Source: Carcharhinus amblyrhynchos | Lineage: Eukaryota | NCBI GenBank assembly: GCA_965287045.1 | Contig: OZ336873.1 | Coordinates: forward strand, 90,830,001 to 90,894,000 | DNA: 64,000 nt | Reading direction: 5' to 3' | Shown here: piece after piece, positions 49,959 to 62,787 of the stretch | Layout: every line of letters starts with the position of its first letter | How positions within the stretch are numbered: position 1 is the stretch's first letter | Made by a program: the position numbers and the translations under genes | Notes under the pieces: generated by a model | The model's input: only the letters and a program-made list of their open reading frames with translations | Told to the model about the DNA's origin: nothing | The model's database searches: none

Positions 49959-50599
49959 TTGGTCGAGTACTTAAAATGATCTGCAATGAGTAGAGGCAAT
50001 GTATTTTTTGAACTATTTTCATGCTTCTTTTGAAGTGTAGCTGTTTTATTAGTTTGTTATTTCACTCTTTAGCTAGAAGCCATGTAATATCAATCTTCAG
50101 CTTGGTTAGGTCATCCTGCAAAGTTGCAGATACACATTGTGGACTACACCCATGCCTTCAAAATGCACAGGCTTCTTGGCATATCTCAAATGGCTGTGTG
50201 AGATGCTAATAGTATGTACTATCAAAATGCGTTTGTGGGCCATATATAATCTGAATGCCTGAACTCAAGCAGCTGAAGTAGCTCTTCAGTTGATTTCACA
50301 ATTAGCTATGTTAATTCCGCCTGCATTTTCTTCTCACTTGTGCTCTGTGCTCTGTCAAGTTTTTACTGCCACAGCTTACTAACTAATCTGTGTGATTATA
50401 TCTGGGCTGTGCTTGCTGCTTGCCAATGTAATAGATGCAGAACTGTGAGATGCTTGGCTGAGTCTGCCCTGGATTCTGACACCACTTTCCTGTCTATTTA
50501 CAAGAAATAAAATAATATATTCCAGAATATAAGCAATAAGGACCCACTTGAAACAGACTTTTACATGAAAAGCATTTTTATTACAGTAGAATGTAAAGT

Positions 50600-52810
50600 A
50601 CACATGTATGAGGGAATGAATGAATAAGGACAAGAAGCACAAAAATATATATTGGGATAAAGCCTGTGACTTTTCCCCAACTAAGTCCTCTCCAGACTTT
50701 GGTTATCCAGTGTCCTCTCACTGAGAGTGACAGCTGAGCAAATCTGCAGGGAAAAATCACAGAGATGTGCAAGAGCTATGGAATGGTGATATTTGGAGAC
50801 TTTAATTACCCAATTACCAATTTGAATAATGTTAGAGTAAAGGGAGAGGAAGGGAAGAAATTTCTGAAATACATTCAGGAAAAGTTTCTTGACAAACATG
50901 TTCTCAGTCCAACTAGGAAGGAAGCATTTTTGGATCTGATGCTGGGAAATGAGGTGGGTCAAGTGGACAAAGTGTCTTTTGAAAAAGCACTTGGGCTAGA
51001 GTGATTGTTATATTGTAAGATTTAGATTAGTAATGGAGAATATCAAGGAACAAAGTAAAGTAGCACTTCTAAATTGAAAGAGGGATAACCTCATAGTGAT
51101 GAGAACGGATCTAAAATTGAACCAAAGTTAGCAAGCAAACTTTAATGGGAAAATAGGTGATCTTTATGGAAGAGATGTTTTGAGTACAGACAGTGTATGT
51201 TCCTACAAGATGGAAAAGAAGGGCAACCAAAACAAGGACTCCTCGGATAACAAAGGAAATACAAAGTGTTCTGAAACAAAAAAGAAAGAGCATGCTATGT
51301 ATCAGGTGAATTCTTAGAGTGAGAACCAAGTCAAATACAATAAATTGAGAGGATGTGCAGAGAAAAATAAAACTGGCAAAAATGGAATATAAGAATAGAA
51401 TGGCTATTAACATAAAAGGTAACCAAAAAATGTTCTACCAGCATGTGAATGGATTGTAAGACGAAGGGTGGGATACAACAGGCCTTTCACAACCTTGGAT
51501 GGCAAGCTGGGTATCAATTGGTTACTGCACCTCATGCAGCTAGATTGTTTTACAATGACATAAGGTGTTATGTCCTAGGAAGATGTGAGTGCAGTAATGT
51601 TTGTGCTGCACATTACATCTTGAAGAGTATCATACTGAGTTATAGGCTAAAGATTTTACGATGACCAGGTGGGCATGGGCCCAACTTGGAAGACTGCCAA
51701 TCACGCGTGATGATGTTGGACACTATGGTGTTGGACTTAGTGTGTTAACATAGACTAACAAATGGCTAACAAATGGAATCAGAGAGTTGGGATAAGAGAG
51801 GCATTTTCAGAATGGCAACCTGTAACAAGTGGAGTGTCATAGGGATCAGTGCTGAGACCACAATTGTTTACAATATATATCAATGACTTGGACAAGGGAA
51901 ATTAATGTACTTTGTCACATTTTTGGATGACACAGTAATAGGTGGGAAGGCAAGTGGTGAGAGTGACACAAGGTGTCTACAAAGAGATATAGACAGGTTA
52001 AGTGAACAGGTAAAAACTTGGCAGGTTGAATATCAGCCAGAATTTTCCACCTGTTCACGCCAGCAGGATTATCTGGTCTTGCTGATGGCGCAGCATTGCC
52101 GTGAGTTTCTAGGTAGTGTGGGGTACATACAGCCAATGGGAATTCCATTAACAACAGCCGCTGGTAAGTAGAATGTTACCTCCCACAACACGAAACACAC
52201 CCCAGGGAGGCCAAAGAATCCAATTCATAATATAGGAAAATGTGAAGTTATGCACTTTAGTAGGAAGAATAAAGGAGCTGAATATTATTTAAATGGAGAA
52301 AGGCTTTAGAAAACAGCAGCATGGAGGGATTTGGAAGTCCTATGCATAAATCACTAAAAGCTAACATGCAATTTTAGCAAGAATTGGGAAGGCAAATGGA
52401 ATGTTGGCCTTTATTTTAAGTGGAATGGAGTTTAAAAGTAGGGAAGTCTTGCTAAAACAATATAAGGCACTAGTTAGATCACAGTTGCAATACTGTGAAC
52501 AGTTTTGGTCCCCTTATCTAAGGAAATATATTCTGGCATTGGAGGCAGTTCAGAGAAGGTTCACTAGTTTGATCCCAGGATGGAGGTTTATTTTATGAAG
52601 AGAGGTTAAGTAGTTTGGGCCTGTATTCATTGGAATTGAAAAAAATGAGAAGTGACCTAATTGAGACATATAGGATTCTCAGGTGGCTTGGTAAGAGCAG
52701 ATGCTGAGAGATTGTTTCCCCTCGTAGGAGAGTCAGAGGGCACAATCTCAGAGTAAGGGTCACCCATTTAAGACAAAGATGAGGAGAAATTTCTTCTCTC
52801 AGATCGTGGC
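50600..52810 (+). mobile_element. Decayed CR1 ORF2 with internal deletion and nested inserts
   Basis: VIFGDFNYP, PTRKEAFLDL, FLDDTVIGG, YKALVRSQLQYCEQFWSP; MITE-like insert at about 52034-52226. Confidence 0.9.
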
Positions 52811-52849
52811 AAATCTGAGAAATTCTGAAGAATGCCCAATCAGTACTTA

Positions 52850-53100
52850 CCCCATGCTGGGTGCAGAAGGTCATTGAACCTTTTCCATCACTGGATGCAG
52901 GTCCAACAGACAAGGTCATGGCTGCTTACCTCTGGTGATACCTTAGTCCCAATCTTCTTGGTGATGTGAGATAATCTCTCCTCTTTCCATTCCTTGGCAT
53001 CACAATGTCACTACTTTCTATTACTGTCTCCACCAGGATTCTGAGGCAATCATCAGGGAAATGGGATATTTACTCTTTGTAAGAGTTCACAACTCAGCTG
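52850..53100 (-). mobile_element. Harbinger Myb/SANT relic
   Basis: EVSSHDLVCWTCIQxWKRFNDL. Confidence 0.55.
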
Positions 53101-54249
53101 CTGCGGCCTCCTGCAGTAGCCATTTTGCAACTATGGATTCACCTCCAGCCTTAAAATGTGCCACTTTTTAAGTTCGCAATAGTCCGCTGCCATTGGACAT
53201 AACAGTCTCCATACGCCTGGCCTTATCAACCTTGCCCTCCCATTGTGGACGCAATTAGTGCTAGCTGCCACTTAAGTTGCAGCCAGCTTAATATCTCAAG
53301 TCTTATTGAAATTGGGCAGGACCAGGATTTGCAGCTGCATCCAGTTCTGCCAGCCAATCATGTGAAACTCTACTCATAGGGATGCATAGCATGTATGAAG
53401 AGGCTGTAAGTTTGTGTCAGAGTAACAAATATGGACGAAGTTTTCTTGCAATTGTGGCAATGGAATTTTGAATCATCCACTGTATGTATGGTGATTCTTT
53501 AAAATGCGTTTGTACATCTGTTCCTTGATATGCAGATATTGCACAGCACTGAGTCTAGTCTCTACCTGATGCCAGGAACAATATAGTGCTGTTAACTGGA
53601 GGAGTGCCCCCTGAAGTGCTGAACAACAAAATCCCCTTTGAACCATTTCATTACTCTGGTCATTAGATAGGAGATTGAATTCAGTATCACTGTCATCTAT
53701 ACACATAACTTGTGTTTTGTTTCCATTTTTATTTTTTCATTTTATTTAGGCAAGACATTTCAACACAGTCACCCCTCCCTGATTCAAAGGCTGACAAATA
53801 TTGGTCAATAGACATTTATCCCTTAAATACGCATGCATCTATTTAATTTGGATGGAGGCCATATTTCCACATCACTTATTAGGCTTGTTCCCTGCACAAG
53901 GCCAAAGCTGCACGATGAATAATTGTTCAAAAAAGCTCACTATGTAAAATTTGGGGCACTCGGTTCACAGATTTGTGGCCAAGCATTAAATAAAAATTGA
54001 CACAAATAATGAAAAATAAGCAGCAGCAAAATGTCACTCAACAATGTTAAAAGGCCTCAACCAATGAGTCTAAGAAACTTTTATAATACATTTCTGATAT
54101 CTTTCCTGGATAACTTTGGGCTGTAGATTACCATCTGTCATTTTACATCTGGGACTGTGTTTAATCCAGCTCAAGAGATAAAGGTCTTCTGTCCACCTTG
54201 GGCGCTGGATCAGATCAATAATTATTAAGATCATAGGCTAGGAATTCTG

Positions 54250-54780
54250 GAGCAAGTGACTCATCTTTTGACTCCTCAAAGCCCATCCATTATCTACAAG
54301 GCACAATTTCGGAATATGATGCAATGCATCCACTTGCCATGATGAGTGTAACTTGAACAACACTCAAGAAACTTGACACTATTCAGGACAAGGCAACTTT
54401 TGATCAGCATCCCATCAACAATCGTAATTGTTCATTCCCTCCACCACTGACAAGGTCAGCAATGTGTAGCACCCACAAGATGGACTGCAGCAAATTACCC
54501 AGATTCATTAAACAGTACCTTTTCTATAACCTAGAAGAATAAGGGCAGTAGGTGCATGGGAACAATCTGCAAGTTCTCCTCAAAGTCATACGCTATCCTG
54601 ATGTAGAAATATATTACCATATTTTCACTATTGCTGAGTTAAAATCCTGGAACTCCCTAACAGCACTGTTTGTGTACTGATTCCAGATGGGCTGCAGCAA
54701 TTCAAGAAAGTGGCTCACCTTCTTGAGAACAATTAGGGATGAGCAATAAGTGCTGACCTTGTCCACATCCCATGAACAAA
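54250..54780 (+). mobile_element. CR1-related (Zenon-like) LINE 3' part
   Basis: IYKAQFRNMM, TLKKLDTIQDKA, HSLHH plus shared tail. Confidence 0.82.
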
Positions 54781-54890
54781 AACAATATTCCCATGCTCAG
54801 TGAGAATGAAGGTCCCAAAATTCTCCTATACAAAGAGAATTTTGACAGAAGACCATAGCTAAAACCTGAATGTTATTGATGAAGGTCTTT

Positions 54891-55220
54891 GTCATAGAAA
54901 TCCTACAGCACAGAAAGAGGCCCTTCGGCCCATCGAGTCTGCACCAACCACAATCCCGCCCAAGCCCTACCCCCAATCCGTACATATTTTACCCACTAAT
55001 CCTCTCTAACCTATGCATCTTTGGTCAATTTAGCATAGCCAATCAAACTAACCGGCACATCTTTGGACAGTGGGAGGAAACCAGAGTACACGGAGGAAAC
55101 CCACGCAGACACGAGGAGATTGTGCAAACTCCTCACAGACAGCGACCCAAGCCGGGAATCAAACCCAGGTCCCTGGAGCTGTGAAGCAGCAGTTCTAACT
55201 GCTGTGCTACCGTGCCACCC
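54891..55220 (-). mobile_element. HE1-like V-SINE, tail type B
   Basis: Full head, V-domain and CR1-like tail. Confidence 0.92.
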
Positions 55221-55388
55221 ATGTATTCTGTGATATGTTCTCCTGATGGCTGACAATGCACCAGTTTTTTTCTGTGACTGCAGCCAACGTAACAGGATTT
55301 TGAGGGGCCAAAAGAACTGAGGGAAAAAAAAACAAAGGAAGATATCAAAATAAACAAATTGATTAAAACACTTACTGCCTGTACCTTG

Positions 55389-56118
55389 AACACAGTAAGA
55401 AGTCTCACAACACCAGGTTAAAGTGAAACAGGCTTATTTGGTAGCACAAGCCACTAGCTTTTGGAGCACTGCCCCTTCATCAGATGAGTGGGAGTTCTGT
55501 TCACAAACAGGGCATATAAAGACACAAACTCAATTTACAAAATAATGGTTGGAATGCGAGTCTTTACAGGTAATCAAGTCTTAAAGGTACAGACAATGTG
55601 AGTGGAGAGAGGGTTAAGCACAGGTTAAAGAGATGTGTATTTTCTCCAGCCAGAACAGTTAGTGAGATTTTGCAAGCTCAGGCAAATCGTGGGGGTTTTG
55701 GATAGTGTGACATGAACCCAAGATCCCAGTTGAGGCCATCCTCATGTGTGTGGAACTTGGCCATCAGTCTCTCCTCAGCAACTCTGCGCTGTTGTATGTC
55801 GTGAAGGCCGCCTTGGAGAATGCTTACCTGAACACCATCCACCAGGTACACAGTACACACACTTGCAAGTCGGCCAATGTTGTCTACTTGATACGCTGCA
55901 GGAAAGGATGTCCCGAGGCATGGTACACTGGGGAGACCATGCAAACGCTGCAACTACGGATGAATGAACATCACTTGACAATCACCAGGCAAGAGTGTTC
56001 GCTTCCTGATAGGGAACACTTCAGCGGTCACGAGCATTCGGCCATTGATCTTCGGGTTAATCTGGTGTTGGGGGGCTTTACTGTGTTTACCCCAGTCCAT
56101 CACTGGCATCTCCACATC
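55389..56118. mobile_element. Rearranged Penelope-like element (inverted halves)
   Basis: Minus half VSILQGG..AEERLMAKF..GLNWD plus pLTR; plus half TCKSANVVYLIRCRKGCPEAWYTGET..RMNEH (GIY-YIG) plus terminal tail. Confidence 0.9.
55449..55490 (-). ncRNA. Hammerhead motif, probably inactive (G12 to A)
   Basis: CUCAU-CUGAUGA-A-GGGGC(AGU)GCUCC-AAAA-GCUA-GUGG. Confidence 0.65.
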
Positions 56119-56479
56119 GTGTATCTTTAACTGCAGCAGATCCAAAACGGGTTGTTGCCTTATGGCCTGGCTTTCTTCTCATTGTTTCATTTGTGGCTTT
56201 CAGTTCTATTCCATACTTCTTCTTTCTAAGAACCAGGTCCAAGGGATAAGTAACAATTTGTAGTCTGCACATGGCCAACTTGAAATTTGTTGAACCTGGC
56301 TGTATTGTGGTGCTCTTTTCATTTGCATGATGCGGGTGAGAACCAGGCATGATTTATTCCCCCTATTTGTTGCTTTCCCATTTTGTGTTCTACTCTGCGT
56401 CTTACAGGCCTCCTGGAGCTTGGGGATACAATGGCACTCTTTGTACTTTGCTGCAGTTATGCTGGAAGCAGCCCAGAAA

Positions 56480-56720
56480 AATGTCAGAGCAGATGGGTTC
56501 TGCAATTTAAGAAAGACCCATAAAATTATTGCTGTGCAGCAGAAGAGAGATGTCCTCTTTCATTGCAATGACTGTTAGGTCAGCCAAAGGGTAGGTCAAG
56601 TGATTTGGCAAAAGGCCACACTGATCATGTCAATGCCATCAGCACTGCATAAAGGATTTGGATTTGGAGTCATTGCCAAAAGAAGTTCAATGACTTCCCA
56701 GGAGTGGGAAAGTTGAGGAT
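56480..56720 (+). mobile_element. Harbinger Myb/SANT relic
   Basis: AVQQKRDVLF..W..VNAISTA..HCQKKFNDF. Confidence 0.6.
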
Positions 56721-57386
56721 TACACTTTAATCTCATGCAGTGTATGAGAGGCGGAATGGTTGAGGGTCAAAATAACCTTGAGTGGAAATGTTAACTTCAG
56801 CAGAGGGATACAAGAGTTAGCCAGGGAACAGCCTCCCATTATATGGTCATGGACAATTTTTCTTTTCATCGCAAACATTCTTTAGATGTAATGTCATTAT
56901 TCGTGTTCCTTGCATTCTTTGAGGGGAATTATATTAAACTACATGAAACTGGTCCCATTTTTGGAGAAACAGAATGAAAACGCAGCATGAGAAAATTATG
57001 AAGTTTTTTTACACTAGGAACATGGAGGAAATTTCTGGATATACATTTTTACAATTGATGTCATTATTGCAGATTAATACTTTTGTAAAATTTCTGGATT
57101 ATATGGAAATGATGACAAAGCAATCATTGGTAAAACTGTTCACTGAAAGATCTTAACAGCTGTTCTATGCTGTGTGTCTTCCCATGTTGAGAGAGCATTC
57201 CCATGCTATCAATAGGTTACTTTCCGTGTTCACGTCATCATGGTGTACACATGACCTCCCAATCTACATCTACCCCATTTAGCTGGGACAACTGGTGCTA
57301 CAGGCATATGACAATGTTGGACTGTGGTAAAAGGTCATTAACAATTTACAATGTACAGAGCATAGACTTCAGCAACAGAACATTGA

Positions 57387-58263
57387 GGGGGTGGTTCTCC
57401 CATCCTGCTACACTGCTTTTTTAGCGCAGCAGGCCAGGAGACTCTAGCGGTGACCAATTCGCGCAATTCGCACTGGTCGGGGCCTGAGGGGGCGGGGGGT
57501 CCTCAGAGGGGGGTATTCTATAAGAACATAAGAAGTAGGAGCAGGAGTAGGCCATCTCGCCCTTCGAGCCTGCCCCGCCATTCAATAAGATCATGGCTGA
57601 TCTGAAGTGGCTCAGTTCCACTTTCCCACTTTCTCCCCATAACCCTTAATTCCCTTGCCTACCAAAAACCTATAGGGGTGGATGGTCCCACTGCCACTCT
57701 GTAGTCAGCTGGGGAAGGGAAGTAGGCCAGCGATCACGGCTGGCCATCAGGATGGAGCATGGGGGTCAGCCTACTAGGAGGCTCGGGGCTGCGGGGGAAG
57801 GTGGGTGGGGGGTCAGCACTGCATGGGGGGGTTGCTGGGGGCAGGTACTCAGGGGAAGGGGAGAGGGAGATCAAAGCCGGGAGTAGAGGGGTCGAAGTTT
57901 ACCCAGACATGACCAGAAGATTAGCCATTGGGCAATGGGAGGGTGAGAGGGCTGGCGTTGTAGGAGTCATGGGGCTGGGCAGTGATCGAATTGGCCAGCA
58001 ATCAGGAGGCCAGCAGACAGGGGCTACTGCACAGGTGCCAGTCTCAGCTGTAACAGATCGGCCACATGCAGTGGTCCATTCAGTACTATGCTGCTGGCCT
58101 CCTGGGCGGGAATGGGCCCCACCCACTTATTTCTGAAGTGAATCATGCTAGTGCACTCTGCAGTGCGCAGAGATTCATTTTTAAACTCCTGCTGAAAAAT
58201 CCAGTGTGATTTACTCCAGTTTTTATGCGATTTCAACAATTAGAATTTTTTTTGGGAAACCCC
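57387..58263. mobile_element. GC-rich Harbinger-type element nested in Gypsy, itself carrying a CR1 tail (57520-57675, minus)
   Basis: Starts GGGGGTGGTTCTCCCA; right end is the reverse complement of the 47396 start. Confidence 0.62.
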
Positions 58264-60777
58264 ATTTGTTTCCACTTTGGGTTGCAGAAGGGCCTGGATG
58301 ATAGGAAACTTGGTCCTGGTACATCAGGAGAACATTCTCTGTGCTGACGAGGGCAGGTCCTGTCTTGGCAAATTCCACAGATTGTGTATTGTGGCATGGA
58401 GGTCCGTCATATCAAAGAGGCATTTTTCAAGGAGGTGCTATGCTGAGCATATTATCCACTCTGCCAAGCCATTTGATTGTGAGTAGGGGCTGCTGGTAAT
58501 GTGTTCAAAGTCCCATGCTTGCACAAAGTCCTTGATCTCCCTGAAGACACACTGCCAGGCAATGTCTGTCATCAGCCTCTGGGAAATATCTTGCGTGATG
58601 AAGTGTCTCTTCAGCTTTCCAGTGACTGTGTTGCTGTTCATGTCAGGTACGTAGTTGACTTCATACCAGCGTGAGTATGAATCAACAAGCAGCAGATGCT
58701 GTTTCCGATTCCATTCAAATATATCCGTCACCATGAGTAACTGTGGAGTGCAGCAGTTATTTGGGTTGATAAGGTTTGAGAGCGTAGCACAGTGCACATC
58801 TGGTCATTTCCTTCTCTGTGAGGACCAGTACATGGTTTCTTTACTAGCATTGGTATAATATTAATGTCCTCCTCACAATCTGCCTGGTCAGTGGTGGTAG
58901 ATAAGCCCCGGAGTTTCAGTAAAATATACCAACTTTCTGTGCTTGTATAAGTCTCTGAGGTTGTAACATTGTGATTTAAGCATCTGGCGACCAGTTTCAA
59001 CGTTGTCAGGGCAACCATAGATGAAGTTATGAAATTTCTCACATGCAAAAAAGAACGCAAGGAGTACCTTTTCAATCTGGACATAATAACTTTCAGTGTC
59101 AGTGAGAACCCTTACTGCGAATGCTATTGATCTGTCATTCTAGACACAGGCCGCAATGAGTCTGTGCTGGGAAGCAACAGCTTGAACGTCGAAATATTGT
59201 AGTACTGGAGGGGCTTAAAGCAGATGCTGAGTTTATCAAATGCAGCAGTGTGATGCTCCTGCCAACACAATTCAACATCCCACAGGAGAAATTGATTGAG
59301 GCGTCCACTCATCTCACTGTACAGGGAATGAATTTCGGTAAATAATTTGTCTTGCCAAGGAAATGTTGCAGGATATGCTTGTCCTCAGGAACAGATATTT
59401 TCCATATAGGGTTTGTTTTTATCTGGGTCTGACTGCACACCTTTGGCTGTGAGGAGGTGGCCCATGTAGGGATCTGGCTGACCCTGAATCTTCATTTAGC
59501 AAAGTTGCGCTTCAACTGTATAGTCCTAATTCTTCAAGACCAAATGCAAATGTGCATCATGTTTTTGCATCGTTCAACCTCAGACCAGGAGGTCATCAAT
59601 AATGATTTCACAATTGACTTTACAAAGGGCTATTCCATTGGAAGACCATACTGTCAATGAAGATTGAACAGGACATGCAGAAGAAATAGTATTTGCCCAT
59701 TAGAGATCTGAGCATAGTGATCTTTGAGGATTCTTCATCTAATCAGATTTGCCTAAATGTGCACTTCACATCTGGGAAATGTAGCATTGGGCATGTCGCT
59801 ATAACCTATCCAACTCTGTTCATGGAATTATGGGATCTCAACAGTGCTTTATTTAGGTGGACTGGGTCAGTGCAGATCCTGACTATGTTGTCCCTCTTTA
59901 TCATAGCTACTATCGCAGAACCGACTCTATAGCCCCATCTATGGAAACTATGCTTGTCGTTCGATCCAAATATTTCTGTCTCATGGCAAGGGGTACTGTT
60001 TTGAGGGCTCAGGTTGTGGGCTTTACTGAGTAAACTAGCCTTGTGATATATGACAGGCAGCTTCCCAATAAAATCACAGTTAAACAGATCTTTGTATTCT
60101 AGCATCTCTGAGCTTGTTGCTGTAGGGTGTATACATCCAGTCCAAGGTGGACTAGCCCCAGTACAATGCTGCCTTGGAGACCCAACTTAAGAGGGAATGA
60201 ATTCTTGATCAACTGTGTAGAACAGGGACTTGCTCTGCATGCAGTGCAGGGAGGGTACACCTTCTGTACATTTGGTTTGCTGCATTATGCAATGAGATTT
60301 ACTGGGTGGTAGAATCTTGTGCAGCAAAGGGATTGATTTCCCATAGAAGCAGCTTCAACAAAACCTTACATTTTGCTCCAGCATTGATTTTGAGTTGAAG
60401 TTTTGCATTGCATGAGCAATGATTCATGAAGGAAAGATTTCACTTTTCCCATTGATTGACATCCAGCTCATTCACTGTGTTTGTGTTCTGAACCTTGGAG
60501 AAATAGCTGGATGCAATATAGCCCATGGTAGTGGTGGGTTGCTGTAACTTTGACCTGAAACACTTGGCAAAGTGGTTCCATTTGCCCCAACATCTATCAA
60601 ATGCGAAGCAAATGCTTCTGCATTGTGGCTGATGGCACCACATTTTAGGTAGGGTGTATTCTATACCACAAAACCCTTTGCCTTAGGTCCTTGGTGTTTC
60701 TCTCCGACTGCTCATTTAACATGCAGATATTTGTAGCAGATTCTAACATGGGATTTATTTCTCAAAGCAACTATTTT

Positions 60778-61082
60778 GGGGCGGCATGGTGCACTGTGGT
60801 TAGCATTGCTGCCTCACAGCACCAGGGACCCAGATTTGATTCCCAGCTTAGGTCACTGTCTGTGTGGAGTCTGCATGTTCTCTCCCTATCTGTGGGGGTT
60901 TCTTCTGAGTGTCCCAGTTTCCTCCCATAGTTGAAAGACGTTCTGGTTTAATGCACTAGCCATGCTAAATTCTCCCTCAGAGTACCAGAACAGATGTCAG
61001 AGTGTGGCAGTTAGGTGATTTTCACAGTAACTTGATTGCAGTGTTAATGTAATCCTACTTGTGACACTAATAAATAAACTTT
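60778..61082 (+). mobile_element. HE1-like V-SINE, tail type A, nested in Gypsy gag
   Basis: Full head, V-domain and tail. Confidence 0.92.
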
Positions 61083-62471
61083 GTGCATCTGTGTATTCCA
61101 TATATGATACAGTCTCTCATGAATTAGTTGGTGGGGGTTCTGAATGCGCACTGCCTCACAAAGATTTTCAAAGTTGTAGTTTATGATTTTGCTGACTCAT
61201 CGAGTTTCTGGTTGGTGATGTTAAAAACATATCTATCCAAGATGATTTTTTAACAATACCTCAGGATTCTCTTTGTCTTCTGCCACTTGGAAGATGAAGG
61301 ATTCAAGTTTTTTGACGACCTGCTGGCCCACTAGGCTCAACTGTGTGTATGCTTGTATATTCTTCAATTTATCAGATAGAGCAGCGGAACAGTAGAGAAG
61401 CTATTCCTTTCAAACTTCTTCCAGTTATCAGCGATGTTTTCATCAAAAATCAGTGAGTCGATATGGTAAATCCATCTCAGCCTGCTCCTGACATCATGTA
61501 TATTTACTGGGTTTATGGAAATGATGACAATGGACTCACTGGTTAAAATGTTTACTGGAGATCTTAACAGCTGTTACATGCTGTGTATCTGCCCGTGCTG
61601 GGAGAGCATTCCCATGCTACCAACCTGCAACTTCCTGTGTACACATCATAATGCAAACATGACAACTCTATACCTTCAATTTCACAACAACAAATATTGG
61701 AAAGAGCATTCAGTCAGATGAACTCTACACTTAATGTATACTTGTAAAGTATGAGTCTGTGGATAATTATTTATGGGTAACCCCTCTTAACATCTTTGTT
61801 TCTAATTAAAAGAATTGAGAGGACAAGAATCCAAACAGATGCATCTGCTGAAATCTGACACAATAAAATCAGTTCTTCAGAACACCAGTCTTTGGGAATC
61901 TATTGAGACTCAATTCTATTTTCCTTTTCAAAATGTCACCAATTCAGGGTAAGATTGCATGAATGTTAGTTTCTACCAGTCCTTTTGGCAGCAGTTAAAT
62001 TCCCTGGACTTTCAGCCATTAAATTAATCTGGCATAAAACTTTAACTGGGCTTGTCAATTATAATGCACGTTTTTGGGTGCATAAAGTGGTTGATTTCTA
62101 TCTCTTTTCTGTCAATGAATGTACAACTCTACCATATGATTGATGAGAAGTATCTCGCATCCTCTGATGAAATTCAGCGACATTGGGTTTCCTTGGGAGA
62201 TAATGGATAACTGTATTGTAATTGTGATTTTCATACCATCACCGATCACTAACAGGAGGACAAAGGGTCCAAATTCTGTAATTGGATCACACCTCAGAAT
62301 CTTCCCTTACCTGCCCAGAAAAATCTTGGAACTATAAATTCTGTGTGTGTTCTCCAAGTCTCCTACCATTGCGCTAGTGAGAGATCCAGGATTGGCACCT
62401 AGAGTAGGCAGTGGCACAGTGATTTGTTCCAAGACTAATAATCCAGCAGACCCAGAATAATGCTGTGGGGC

Positions 62472-62787
62472 CATAAGAACACAGGAATTAGGAGCCGAAG
62501 GAGGAAAATTCAGCCTTTCAAGCCTGTTCTGCCATTGAATCAGATCATTGCTGATTTCTCCCTCATCTCAAATCCATCTCCCCACCTGTTCCCTATATCC
62601 CTCTTTTCCTTTTTTTATTAGAAATATATCTATCTCCCTCTTCAAACCATTAAATGATTTAGACTCCACCATGCTATGGTGCAACGAGATCTACAAATTC
62701 ACCATCCTCTGCGAGAAGTAGTTCCTTCTCATCTCAGTTTTAAATCTATCACCTTGCAACCTACTCCTGTGACCTCTTGTTCTAGAG
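62472..62787 (-). mobile_element. CR1 3' end
   Basis: NYFSQRMVNL plus tail homologous to 20193. Confidence 0.8.

Larger units (their letters stand above)
57084..61672 (-). mobile_element. Second degenerate Gypsy (Mag-like) LTR retrotransposon with both LTRs
   Basis: LTRs 57084-57268 and 61497-61672; PPT AAATGGGGTAGA; PBS TGATGTCAGGAG at 61485-61496; gag FDENIADNWKKFE, CCHC RCWGKWNHFAKC, RT VRICTDPVHLNKAL, IN LLLVDSYSRWYEV..HITSSPYSQSNGLAE. Confidence 0.9.
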
